Below, in pieces: positions 25,320-38,080 of a stretch of DNA of 64,000 bases (position 1 is its first letter; every line of letters begins with the position of its first letter). The notes below the pieces were generated by a model. That model was not told the origin of the DNA and made no database searches. It worked only from the letters and a program-made list of their open reading frames with translations. This DNA is from Chiloscyllium plagiosum (taxonomy: Eukaryota), in assembly GCF_004010195.1 (NCBI RefSeq), contig NC_057752.1, positions 6,959,802 to 7,023,801 on the forward strand, given 5' to 3'. Position numbers and translations under genes: made by a program.

Positions 25320-25630
25320 TTAGAAACATAGAAAATAGGAGCAGGAATAGGTCACTTGGCCCTTTAAGCCAACGCTACCATTCAGTATGATCATGGCTGA
25401 TCATCTATCTCAGTACCTTATTGTCACTTTCTAACCATATCCTATGATTCCTTTATCCTCAAGAACTATATCTAACTCCTTCTCAAAAACATTTAATGTT
25501 TTGGCCTCAATTGCTTTTTGTGGCAAAGAATTCCACAGGCTCACCAATCTCTGGGTGAAGACATTTCTCCCCATCACAGTCCTGAACGACCCACCCCAAT
25601 TCCTTAGATTGCAACCCCTGGCTCTGGTTT
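25320..25630 (-). mobile_element. CR1 LINE 3' end
   Basis: ORF 25431..25643 FTQRLVSLWNSLPQKAIEAKTLNVF. Confidence 0.85.
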
Positions 25631-25871
25631 GTCTTAGAATCATAAATTAAGCCAGGACAGAAGGCCATTCAGCCCATCATGCTTGTGGTTCTGCTGCCTC
25701 TTTAAATATTATCTAATTTTGTGCCACTCTCCTATCCTTTTCCTGTAGTTCCATAAACATTTCCCATTAATATATTCAACTAAATGGAAGCATTTGCACT
25801 TCCATTGATTGTATTTTAACAAAGCAGAGAATTCTAAGCTGCTTCACAGAGAAGCCATCTGTTAATTAACT

Positions 25872-27020
25872 TTAGCAAGGCCTTCGACAAAGTTCTGCAA
25901 TGATAGTCTGGTTAGTAAGGTTCGGTCCCATGGGATCCAGGGAGAGCTGGCCAACTGGATACAAAATTGGCTTGAACGTAGGGGACAGAGGGTGGTGGAA
26001 GAGGATTGTTTTCAGACTGGAGGCCTGTGACCAGAGGTGTGCCACATGGATCATTACTGGAACCAATGTTGTCCATCATTTATGGAAATGATTTGGATGT
26101 GAACATAGGAGGCATGATTAGTAAGTTTGAGGATGACACCAAAATTGGTGGAATAGTGGACTATGAAGAAGGCTATCTAAGTGTGCAATGGGACCTTGAT
26201 CAGATAGGCCAGTAGGTGGAGGAATGGCAGATGGAGTTTAATTTAGATAAATGTGAGGTGTTGCATTTTGGGAAGACAAACCAGGATGGGACTTCTACAG
26301 TTCATGGCAGGGCCCTGGGGAATCTCGTCAAACAGAGACACCTTAGGGGTGCAGGTGCATAGTTCCATGAAAGTGGCATCATGGGTAGACAGGGTGGTGA
26401 AGGCAGTGTTTGGCACTTTTGCCTTCATTGGTCAGAGTGATGAGTACAGGAGTTTGGATGTCATGTTATGGCTGTATAAGACATTGGTAAGGCCACAATT
26501 GGAGTATTGTGTACAATTCTGTTTGTCCTGCTATAGCAAGTTATTATACTGAAAGGGTGTAAAAAAGATTTACAAGGATGTTACCGAGACTGGAAGATTT
26601 GAGTTATGAGAAGAGGCTGAATAGGCTGGGACTTTTTTCCCTGGATCATAGGAGGCTGAGGGGTGACCTTATAGAGGTTTATAAAATCATGAGGGGCATA
26701 GATAAGGTGAATAGCAAAGGTCTTTTTCCCAAAACTAGAAGCATAGGTTTAAGGTGAGAGGGGAAAGATTTAGAAGGGACCTGATGGGCAATATTTTCAT
26801 GCAGAGGGCGGAGCGTATACAGAACAAACTGCTAGAGAAAGTGGTAGAGATGGGTACATTTACAACATTTAAAAGACATTGGACAGGTACATGGATAGTA
26901 AAGGTTTAGACGGATAGGGGCCAAATACAGGCAAATAAGACCAGTTCAGTTTAGGAAATTAATTGGCATAAACAAGTTGGGCCGAAGGGTCTTTTTCCGT
27001 GTTGTATGACTATAACTCTC
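25872..27020 (+). mobile_element. CR1 LINE (RT to 3' end)
   Basis: FSDWRPVTRGVP, SKFEDDTKIGG, LVRPQLEYCVQF and the 3' tail. Confidence 0.9.
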
Positions 27021-27749
27021 TGAAACATTCTGGTCTGAAATCAAATGCACCATTTAAATATTAACTATTGTATCAGAGAATCCAGACTTGATGAACAATA
27101 GCTGAGAAAGAGCAAATAGCCTGTTACAAGACACAAGGTCAGCTACAGATCTGCTCAAAGCTCCAACATGACAGTCCACCTCCCAGTTGGTGACTTACTC
27201 GTTTAAAAATTAAACCAAGATGAGGCAATACATTTTGCATAATTATATTCTAGCTCATATAGTTTAAAACAGGGATGGCAACCTGTCTGGCTGACTGTAA
27301 AACTTGAAGAACTGGATTGTTGAGCTACATTTATACACATCTGAAGGTGGCGGGGACATATGAACAAACTGGGTATATGATTTAAAGGTGTAATCACATT
27401 GAGGGTTTTCCAAGTAGGTTTATTTTACATAAGGATCATATTCTGCCTGGGTGACTCATTTCAGCGTAACTTGTTTTCTGTTTCTTTTATTCATCTCCTT
27501 TCAATTCTTTTCACAAGTGCTGACATCTGCTGGCTATACTTCCAGATATCTCAGCCATCTTCTAGTATTGCACCCAAATTACTATTCTTCATGTTTGAGT
27601 CTAGACTGTTAATAGGCATGATGTAATTTTAAGAAACTTCAGGGCCAAGCTCAATCCTGTTTATAGTCAACATCAACAAGCAAACATTTCCAACACTAGT
27701 TGCTGAACTTTGTCTGAATTTATAGTACTTTACTTCCATCATCCCCAAA

Positions 27750-28150
27750 CATTCGCTCCCTCTGCTACCAACACTCAATAGCAGCAGTGTGTGCTACCTA
27801 CAAGGTTCACTGCAGAAATTCACCAAGGCTCCTCAGAGAGCACCTTCCACATCCGTGACCATTACCACCTAGAAGGACAAGGCCAGCAGATATACGGGAA
27901 CACTACCCTCTAAAAATTCCCATTCAAGCCTCTCACCATCCTGACTTGAAAATATATTGCTGTTTATTCAGTGTTGCTGGGTCTAAACCCTGGAATTCAC
28001 TCTCTAAGGGCATTGTGGATGTACTGACACCAAATGAACTGCAGCGGTTCAAGATGGCAGCGCACTTCCACTTTCTCAAGGGCAACTAGGGAGGAGCAAT
28101 AAATGCTGGCCATTCAGCAATGCCCATATCCTAAGAATGAATTAAAAAAA
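27750..28150 (+). mobile_element. 3' end of second CR1-clade LINE family
   Basis: Homologous to 11720-12095 and 17830-18150; ends in an A-tail. Confidence 0.8.
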
Positions 28151-28314
28151 ACTGATATAATGATTTCTGGGCTCCCGACCCCGAAAGATACACATCAGTT
28201 TTTGGACTGCATAGGAATTCAACAGCCAGTGTTTGGGAGGAACACCAACTGGAAGTCCCACACATTGGTGCTTCAGCACACTTAAGCTGTTACAATATCC
28301 AGCAGTCTGATACT

Positions 28315-28530
28315 TGTGACAATACTACAGCTTGCAGAGGTGTATTTTGTACTTTTTATTTTATGAAGAAATGTTGAAACAGAGGCGCCGAGCAGTCTGT
28401 TCAAAGCCAATGGAATAAATAGCTTGTGAGGCCTTTTGCTTTTTTTAAAGTTGGAACAATGGAAGCAGCCTGAATGGGCAGGGTCAAGCTCCCACAGAAC
28501 CAGAATTTTTAGTTTTAGCTTTCTGCAGTT
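28315..28530 (+). mobile_element. Partial LTR of the Gypsy-like family, cut by the ERV insertion
   Basis: Starts TGTGAC; gcctgaatgggcagggtcaagctcccacagaacc matches the reverse complement of 4440-4500. Confidence 0.55.
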
Positions 28531-28588
28531 TGTTGGCCAGAGGCTGCTCATACATAAAGACAGTAGTTATGAACTGACGTTACCCAAG

Positions 28589-29530
28589 AGAAAGTGAGGA
28601 CTGCAGATGCTGGAGATCAGAGTTGAAAAGTGTGGCACCGGAAAGGCACAGCAGGTCAGGCAGCATCCGAGGTGCAGGAGAGTGGACGTTTCGGGCAGAA
28701 GCCCTTCATCAGCAATGTGGGGTAGGGAGGGGGAAGGGAGGCTGGGAGATAAATAGGAGGGAGGAGGTGGGGGGGGAAGGTAGCTGTGAAGGTGATACAT
28801 AGACGCACCACCAGAGATATATTTCCCTCCCCACCCCTTTCAGCATTCCGCAGAAATCATTTCCTCCGCGACCCTCCTCGTTTGGTCCATGCCCCCCAAT
28901 AACCCACTCTTGGTATCTTCCCTTGCCACTGCAAGAGGTGTAAAACATGCGCCCACACCTCTCCCCTCACCTGCATCCAAGGCTCCAAAGGATCCTTCCA
29001 CATCGGGCAGAGATTTTCCTGCACATCCAAACACCTCACCTACTGTGTCTTTTGCTCTTGATGTGGCCTCCTACATTGGGGAGCCAGGATGCCAACTCAC
29101 AGAAGGTTTCAGGGAACATCTTTGGGACGCACGCACCAAACAACCCCACACGCTTCAACTTCCCCTCCCACTCCACCAAAGACATGCAAGTCTTGGGTCT
29201 CCTCCACCGTCAAATCCAAGCCACCCGACGCCTGGAGGGCGTCATATTCTGCCTTGGGACCCTCCAACCACACGGCATCAATATCAACTTTACCAGTTTC
29301 CTCATCTCCCCTCCCCCCATCTCATCCCCGATCTAACCCTCCAACTCAACACCGCCCTCTTGAACTGTCCCACCTGTCCATCTTCCTTCCTACCTATCCA
29401 CTCCACTTTCCCCTCTGACCTATCACCGTCAACCCCCACCTGCATCTACCTATCGCCTTCCCAGCTACCTAGCCCCACCCCCACCCTCCTATTTATCCCT
29501 CAGCCCCATTCCCCGCCCCACATTCCTGAT
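28589..29530 (+). mobile_element. Penelope-like element 3' part (GIY-YIG) preceded by an inverted pLTR with an intact hammerhead core
   Basis: YIGE...FREHL...FN.PSHS..DMQVLGLLH...FCLGTLQPHGININF; inverted pLTR ~28589-28800; minus-strand CTGATGA-A-GGGC-TTCT-GCCC-GAAA-CGTC at 28685-28712. Confidence 0.85.
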
Positions 29531-30100
29531 AGCTGCTGGCTTGAGCCAGTTTGAGCCAAATCCACTCTGAGGGATGACATAAGGTGGAAATCGTTAGTTG
29601 ATGGGAGAATGAGGTAATCCAAAAGGGGTCCTTGGAATGAGCCTATAGTGGAAAGACACCGGCTCTCAGATGAGCTGTGAACCAACAAGAATAAGACATC
29701 ACAGTTCAGGAAATTAAGGAAAAAGGATAAAAATGAAGAACTTTTGCGATTAGCAAAAATTCCAGACAGCAACATTCACAAAGTTATGGACCCCACACTT
29801 GAAAGTATGGAGAGGACCCAAGACCTGGGAGAAATTGCCTAGCCAGTGTGAGCTTCTACTCTTGGGTATCGGTCTTTATTTTGTTGACTGATCAGGGAAC
29901 GTCAAACTTACTGGCCGTGTGCTTGGATTGTAGCCTTGTACGAATTGCATGCCTGCTGTTAACCTTTCTCGAACCAAATGGTGTGAATGGTTTTGTCTGT
30001 TTTAAGTAAAGGTACTGGTTAGTTGTTACAGACTTGACTCTTGTCCACTTTGTGCCAAGCCAAAAAATGTTGTCAAAGGCAGTAACCAGGCAACATTAAT

Positions 30101-30118
30101 TGGCATCCCTGTGGGGGC
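30101..30118 (+). promoter_or_regulatory. Primer-binding site resembling tRNA-Asn complement
   Basis: TGGCATCCCTGTGGGGGC versus recalled tRNA-Asn PBS TGGCGTCCCTGGGTGGGC; 5 nt after the LTR end. Confidence 0.6.
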
Positions 30119-30454
30119 CTTCGACAAGAGGCAGCTTCACTGCTCCAACAGACCCAGACTGACTCCTTAAAGAAAACATCCAGCCTGGGCTGGAGAAGTA
30201 AGGAGAAGCAGTTAAAATAAACAGGGGAAATTCCACTGAGGCTAACAGCTGTCTCAGGAAGAGACAGTGAACTTGAGGACCGTTGAGTCAGTGGGAACTC
30301 AATTCAAGCCTGATCGGTAGAGCATGGAGAGAACAAGAGTCTGAGATAAAGTTGGACTTAACCCAGGATGACGAACAAAGGGAACATTCGAGTCCTAGGG
30401 ACATGGGTGCTAAATGTATGCAATGGGGGAGTAGCTGCAATATGGGGAGTATAC

Positions 30455-30905
30455 TGATTTGATTTATTGTCATGTGCACCTAAATACAGTGAAAAGCTTT
30501 GTTTGTGAGTAGTCCAGGCAGATCATAAGCAAGGAAGTAAGGACATACATATTATGGTGCTTGGACAGACTGCTACACTGCACAGGAGGTGTGCAAAGCA
30601 AGATCATTAACAAGATCAACATTATTTGAATTTATAGAGTCCATTCATGAGTCTAATAATGGCAGGATAGAAGCTGTTCTTGAACATGTTGATGTATGTG
30701 TTCAAGCTTCTGTATCTTCTGCCTAACAGAAGAGGTTGGAAGAGAGTATTACCAGGGTGGGAGGGTCTTTGATGATGTTGGCAGCCTTTATGTGGTAACG
30801 ACCAGTGTAAATGTCCATGGATGCAAGGTTGGTTTTCATGGTGGTCTGGCTTCTGTAGTTTTTTATGGTCCTAGACAGAGCAGTTGCCGTACCAGGCTGT
30901 TATGC
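30455..30905 (-). mobile_element. Rex1/Babar-like LINE 3' end inserted in the ERV
   Basis: (TGATT)n tail and reverse homology to 20380-20748. Confidence 0.7.
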
Positions 30906-33269
30906 CACTGGGGACAATTAAATAATGCAAAAGGCTAGATCAGACAGTTTGTTGAATGATTTTGCAGAAAGCCAGCAAAAGAAACTGCAGCTTTGAGCCG
31001 AGATAGATGACTTTCAAAAGGAGATAAACAGGCTTACAGAGAAAAATAAGTATGGGGAGGCATTTAAACACAATCATGTGGAGAAAGGGGCATTGAAAAA
31101 ATGTAGTGATTTTAAAATCTGCTATGAACATGTTGTAGAGAGCAGCACAGGAAAAGAAAAGCAACACTGGAAACCATATGAAGTGTCCAAAGCAGATAGA
31201 AAAGCTACAAAGCCAGCTCACCACTCAGAGAGTAATAGTGTGTGCTTTTGGACCTGAAAAGGGAGAGAAGCTAGTGGCAGAGATGCGGACTGGGGAGGTT
31301 TGGCATGTGGATTTGCTAGGTACAGCCAGGAAGATAAACAGGAATGGGACTCCTTGTTCCCTTTTGAGAGAAAAGGGAAGGACCCAGCCCCATCTACTCC
31401 GAAGACACCTGTAGTGACAAGCTGCACAAGAGGGGGGAATACTTAAGCAAATACTGCCATGTTAGTAGATAATTTAATTTACGGGGACAGCCCATGAATG
31501 TCATGTGATGATAGCAAATTATCCCAAAGGACCATTTGTATCAAAACAAAAAGGAGGGAGTATTGATAAAAGGAACATAGAAAATGAAAAATTATCCTTA
31601 AAATGTTTCTTGGAATGTAAAGCTACTGTGTGCTTCTCTCTCTATTTACAAGTCTTGGGAAGAAGAGAGAGCGAGAGCAAGAGAAAGACTATCTTTTATG
31701 TTTGACCAAGATAATAACTCTTCCCTTTCAGGATGCGAATGTGAGTTCCCGTAGATGTATCTTCGTTTGTTGGTTGTTAAATGTTGTCTTCTGTAATTTG
31801 TGTGTTTTGTCTTGAAGCTCGAGATCTGAAAATACTTTGAATTTAGTTTGTAGTTTGGGAATGTATGGTGATTTGAAATTGTGACATGTGCCTGTGTCAG
31901 TGTGGAACATGTATGGTTAATGTTAGGCCCTTTGAAGGAACTTTTAAGTGGTTGTGTATAGTAAACATCTGCGACAAAATGTTGACTTCAGATTTTGTTC
32001 TTCAAGCTTGATAAAAATTTACCTCTTGGAATCGGCTACAATTGATTAAATTTAATTGAAGAAGTAAAATTAAGTCAAAAGATATAACTTATTTTCTCTT
32101 TCCTCAAATTAACGTACTATCTGTGTTGTGTTTGGATTGATGAAAGAAACCTGGGAAAATTTTAATTTAAAAAAATTTATGTTTAAATTATCATGTTTGG
32201 AATTTTATTTTCTGGCCAGAGTGAACTTGCAAATAATGTTTTAATACAAGTGGACCATTAATTCTGGATAAGATATGCTCATTATAAATGTACTTTGGTG
32301 TGAAAGTGTCCAAGAAATAGAGAAATTGGGATTTTGGAAATGCAATTCTCTTTGAAACAAAATGATCTGATGATATATTCTAAAAATGTGAAAAAAACTA
32401 TTAGATTCTCCTCTTTTTAAAACTTCTCTAACAAAGAAGGACGGCTTTTCCTTTGGTAATTATAACACACTTATTTCTGTACAGGAGGAAGAAAGGCTGT
32501 TGATGTAATTGCATCCAGAGGTTTTCATCCTGCCCCCTTCAATCACTTTTGCACACTTACATCAGTATCCCAAGAATATGCCACCACTGCTAATTAACCC
32601 ATTCTGCATGAAGTGGAATAGATAGATACTGTTTGTTTTCTAGATAACTGAAGACACTGGAGGCTTTTGCCAACAGCTTTGAATTTCTGAACCTGTCTGC
32701 AGACTTTCAACGTCGCAACATAGTGATGGATGAGGGACCCTCAACCTATCAAGCCATTTGCTGACAATACATCTTAGCATCAGAGAACTACTGTGAAAAC
32801 ATTAAATGTATGGAGTATCAGGAATTTCAAAACCACTACGCCTGGGGTATACTTAATATAATTTTTCTATCACAATATGCTTAAGACCCACTGGCCTGGC
32901 ATTCGAAAACATTTAATGGGAATAGTTATCTGAAAATTTTAAATAATTCTGTAAAATGATAAAACAGATGCACACAGTCTCAGTGGTTTCAATGCATAAA
33001 AATTGCTAGTGTCTTTGAAGGACACTTTCAATTTGGACAAATTCACATATCAAATATCTAGAATTACATGATCATTCACTTAAAAAAAAGGGAGTGGTCT
33101 CAGAGTAGAAACGAACAAAGTATGTTGTTGCCTAAATCAGACATAAATGTTTGACTTCTATTTTTAAATGTTATAAGAATACATTCCATGGACTACAAAT
33201 CTCCCCAGGTTTCTAGAATTAGATAGGATTGTAAATCGCAAAATTGGATGACAGGAAGAGATTAAAGGT

Positions 33270-33492
33270 TCAAAGTTTGTGAGAAGATTTGTAGCTCGGG
33301 TGCTCGCTGCTGTGGTTCTGTTCGCCGAGCTGGAAGTTTTTGTTGCAAACGTTTCGTCCCNNNNNNNNNNNNNNNNNNNNNNNNNNNNNNNNNNNNNNNT
33401 CACAGGAGGCTCCCAAGCACTGAGGATGTCACATAGACAGGGGACGAAACGTTTGCAACAAAAACTTCCAGCTCGGCGAACAGAACCACAGC
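33270..33492. mobile_element. Penelope inverted-pLTR insertion spanning the assembly gap, 13-bp TSD, hammerhead motif
   Basis: TSD AGAGATTAAAGGT (33257-33269, 33493-33505); inverted arms on either side of the N-run; gca-CTGAGGA-tgtc...gac-GAAA-CGTT-tgc at 33417-33456. Confidence 0.8.
33361..33399. other. Assembly gap (N run)
   Basis: 39 N bases. Confidence 1.
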
Positions 33493-35420
33493 AGAGATTA
33501 AAGGTGGAGAGTAGTGGCAGAAGACAAAAAAATGGGCTGAATGAAGTTAAATGCATTTTAGTGAAAGGTTATGTTTAGATGAGAGCACTAACGTGATAGC
33601 TTTCTTTTGATGCTGTTTGTATCCTTGTCTTTCCTTTTAAGTGAAATGAATTTGATAATTGAGCTACTACCCTAAGCATCGGGACCATATGTGGAGAAAT
33701 AAGTAAAACCTCATAGATCTTTGATAAGATCATGAGAGTCAAGAATGCGTGACCATATCTCATGGTATTGGGATACTAACGTAAGTGTGCAAAAGTGATT
33801 GTTACCTAGGATGTAATGAACATGAGGGAATGTGTGACAAAAAATGCACCGAAGAATGGGTCTCAGACATGTACACCTACTTGACAAAAAGATTACAGTG
33901 GCCTTGAAGAACACAAAACAGAAATGACGAGACACTGACACATAATCCATAGAGAAACTGACTTAAAAACAAATAAATTATATTTCAGTGGAGGTGAAAA
34001 AAACAAACAAAATAAAAGATGTGATTGGCTATTCTGTTAAAATGTTACAGAAATGAAAGAATGTGGACTCTGGGAGGCGCGATAGTGAGCTGGAGTGAAA
34101 GGGCCCATCAGATGACATAAATACCCTGGATAAAAAAGGAAAGCAGAAGCAAAAGAATAAAGCCTGATGAATGAGTTGTAATTTCTCAGAGTTGTATTGT
34201 TTCCCACCATATATACATTGTAGCTCACTGGGGTATTTGTACATGGAGGCAGTTAACACTCAATGATACAATCATTCACAGAATTGGCAAGGAAGGAAAC
34301 ATATTGAATAAGTATCCTCAAGCCAGATACAGATGAAGAGAGCTGGAGAAATTTTTGAGTTCATGTATGATGTTAGTTTACTGTTATTGAGTGAGGTGAT
34401 CTGCGGACAGAGAACTGGAAGATTTTTTTTAAATTAAGGAGCATGAATCTGAATTTATAACATTCGTAAATTGCAGAATTTGAATATAGTGAGTTTTAGA
34501 ACAAGATATGCAAATAGATTAACTGAAAAAAGAAACATGTAGACAATTTGAGTAGATCAGTCCATTCACAGACCTCAGACCTGGTCACTGGGAGACAAAC
34601 CTTGCCTTGGCCAATAGTACGAGCAATAATGAAGGAAACACAAATTGTGAGAGAGGCAAAGGAGATAATCCATTAATGGACTAAACAAAGTAGAGCAATT
34701 AGAACTCATGCCAATAAGGCAAATGAGGTATTGCATGACCCTGTTTTTGGAGTAAATTTTGGACTTGGGGATCTAATATTCAAATACATCCATGGGTGAG
34801 AATATTTTTGCACGCGGCTGTAATATTGATCTTGTGTACACTGGTAATTGAAATACTCAAGGTGTATCAGCGCAGAAGGTGGAAAAATGAAATTATACAA
34901 AACTTATAAGTTGAAGTTCTAATGAAACAGAAAGGCCGATTGTAATTATAAAAGGGACGGTGTGAATTAAGTAGTTACTTTATTTTATTATTAAGTAGGC
35001 AGATGTAACACACCCACTGTGGGTAGATAGCAATCCCATGAGCAGTTAGCAGAGTGAAGGGAAAATTATGATCCGAAGAAAGGTATCTTTGGATCAAGAG
35101 AGAGGAGATGTTGGTTAGACGCTGCTCACACATAAGACAGTAGCTATGAACTGAGGTTACCCAGGCCTTAGCTGCTGGTTCATGCCAGATCAGCTCTGAG
35201 GGATGATATAAGGTGGAAATTGTTATTTGGTGGAAGAATAATGAGGTAATCTGAAAGGGTCCTTGGAGTGGGCTTATAGTGGAAAGATGAGCTGACAGTT
35301 AACAAGAATAAGACATCACAGTTCGGGATGATAAGGAAAAAGGATAAAAATGAAGGATTTCATCGTGCCATCAGTGAAAACTCCAGACTGCAACCTTCGC
35401 AAAATCATGGACCCCACACT

Positions 35421-37095
35421 TGGAAACCATAATTCTATTAGTTTTAAAATAATGATGGAAAAGGATAGACCAGATCTAAAAGCTGAAGTTCTAAATTGGA
35501 AGAAGGTTAATTTTGACAGTATTAGGCAAGAACTTTCAAAAGCTGATTGGAGGCAGATGTTCGCAGGTAAAGGAACGGCTGGAAAATGGGAAGCCTTCAG
35601 AAATGAGATAACGAGAGTCTAGAGACAGTATATTCCTGTTAGGGTGAAAGGAAAGGCTGGTATGACAAAAGAGATTGAGGGTTTGGTTAAGAAAAACAAG
35701 GAAGCATATGTCACATATAGACAACACAGATCGAATGAATCCTTAGAAGAGTTTAAAGGCAGTAGGAGTATACATAAGAGGGAAATCAGGAGGATAAAAA
35801 GGGGACATGAGATAGCTTTGGCAAATAGGGTTAAGGAAAATCCAAAGGGTTTTTACAAATACGTTAGGGACGAAAGGGTAACGAGGGAGAACAAATACGT
35901 TAGGGACGAAAGGGTAACGAGGGAGAGAATGGGGGCCCCTCAAAGATCAGCAAGGCGGCCTTTGTGTGTGTGGAGCCGCAGGAGATAGGGGAGATACTAA
36001 ACAGGTAGTTTGCATCAGTGTTCACTGTGGAAAAGGACATGGAAGATATGGAATGTAGGGAAATAGATGGAGACATTTTGAAAAATGCCCATATTACAGA
36101 GGCAGAAGTGCTGGATATCTTGAAACACCAAAAGTGGAGAAATCCCCAGGACCTGATCAGGTGTACCCTCAAACTCTGTGGGAAGCTAAGGAAATGATGG
36201 CTGAGCCCCTTACTGAGATATTTGTATCATCGATAGTCACAGGTGAGGTGCCAGAAGACGAGAGGTTGGCTAATGTGGTGCCACTGTTTAAGAAGGGTGG
36301 TAAGGACGCGCCAGGGAACTACAGACCAGTGAGCCTGACGTCAGTGGTGGGCAAGTGGCTGGAGGGAATCCTGAGGGACAGGATGTACATGTATTTGGAA
36401 AGGCAAGGACTGATTAGAGATAGTCAACATCACTTTGTGCATGGGAAGTGATGTCTCACAAACTTGATTGAGTTTTTTGAAGAAGTAACAAAGAGGATTG
36501 ATGAGGGCAGAGCGGTGGACGTGATCTATATGGACTTCAGTAAAGTTTGACAAGGTTCCCCATGGGAGACTGGTTAGCAAGGTTAGATCTCATGGAATAC
36601 AGAGAGAACTAGCCATTTGGATACAGAACTGGCTCAAAGGTAGAAGACAGAGGGTGGTGGTGATGGGTTGTTTTTCAGACTGGAAGCCTGTGACCAGTGG
36701 AGTGCCACAAGGATCGGTGCTGGGTCCACTACTTTTCGTCTTTTATATAAATGATTTGGGTATGAGCAGAAGAGTTACAGTTAGTAAGTTTGCAGATGAC
36801 ACCAAATTTGGAGGTGTAGTGGACAGTGAAGAAGGTTAACTCAGATTACAATGTGATCTTGATCAGATGGGCCAATTGGCTGAGAAGTGGCAGATGGAGT
36901 TTAACTTAGATAAATGCAAGATGCTGCATTTTGGGAAAGCAAATCTTAGCAGGACTTATACACTTAGTGGTAAGGTCCTGGGGAGTGTTGCTGAACAAAG
37001 AGACCTTGAAGTGCAGGTTCATATTTCCTTGAACGTAAAGTCGCAGGTAGACAGCAGAGTGAAGGTATTTGGTATGCTTTCTTTTATTGGTCAGG
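35421..37095 (+). mobile_element. CR1 LINE ORF2 fragment (end of APE through RT), decayed; contains a 36-bp tandem duplication at 35855-35926
   Basis: KENPKGFYKY, KSPGPD, NVVPLFKKG...NYRPVSLTSVVGK, GVPQGSVLGP, KFADDTK. Confidence 0.93.
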
Positions 37096-37217
37096 ATTTG
37101 GAGATGCCAGTATGGACTGGGGTGTACAAAGTTAAAAATCACACAACACCAGGTTATAGTTCAACAGGTTTAATTGGAAGCACACTAGCTTTCGGAGTGA
37201 CGCTCCTTCAGGTGATT
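37096..37217 (-). mobile_element. Penelope pLTR fragment of another subfamily with damaged hammerhead
   Basis: Minus strand cac-CTGA(---)AGGAGCGTCACTCC-GAAA-GCTA-gtg, an apparent 3-nt loss in CUGANGA; a diverged plus-strand copy lies at ~49370-49465. Confidence 0.6.
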
Positions 37218-38080
37218 GACAATCAGGGAATAGGTTAACAAGTGCAATTCCAGAAACTACAAGGTTATAATCTCACCATCAGGAATTAACCCCAAATGGA
37301 AGTTAATCAGTCCTGCAGTTGCAGTTAAGGAGAAGTAATAAAGTACATTTGTCTTTAAGAGTGTACAACATAACCACTTGTAGAGGCTATTACCAGTATG
37401 TGCTGCAAATATTCAAACAGACTAGTATTTATGCAACCTGCACAAGCAATGAATCATGAAATGTTGCTCTTTTATAGTCAGTAGCAAGAGGAACTTTAGT
37501 GATGGAGATTTGCACACCCTCTCACCTGGTCCTCACTATGCTCTCCTAGATCCCAATGCTCCATGATATTGACTTGGAAATCCTTAACATAGCTTTCAAA
37601 TTCCATCACTTTATCATGCAGTTGCTTATTTGCTTGCTTTGAAGACAGCTGGATTAAAGTGTGGGGCTCTTAGATTGCAGAGACAAATATCACAGATCTA
37701 TCAAATGATTGCTCCAAATTTAAACGCAGTGTTGTGGGGTGTATGCACACAAGTCTTATCCTGTATCATTTCTGGAGAGATCAAATTGCACGAATAACGT
37801 TATTAACCTTTTCCATTTTCTCTAAAAGAAACTCCCCAAATCAATAACAATGACACTGGAACAGTTGAGAAAAAAATTGCTAACCTAAAGAACAGCAATT
37901 TCTTTAATAAAATTCAACATGCACAGTGCCAATGTTCTGGCACTTGGAAGATGTAATTAGTCATATATGGGATAGAGACAGTACAGCAAAAAGAAAACAT
38001 GATACAGCCATGATTGGGTTTGCACCTCCCCTTCAAAACAGTTTTGAAATCACATACACTGCTTATGTGTATGTTAAAGT

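Larger units (their letters stand above)
28531..35425 (+). mobile_element. Decayed endogenous retrovirus / LTR element: 5' LTR 28531-30095 (interrupted by Penelope), PBS 30101, PPT ~35096-35108, truncated 3' LTR 35109-35425
   Basis: Direct repeats begin TGTTGGCCAGAGGCTGCTCA and TGTTGGTTAGACGCTGCTCA. The 5' LTR ends CAACA and is followed by TGGCATCCCTG. Purine run AAGAGAGAGGAGA precedes the 3' LTR. A TM-like env remnant lies at 34739-34909. Confidence 0.8.
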
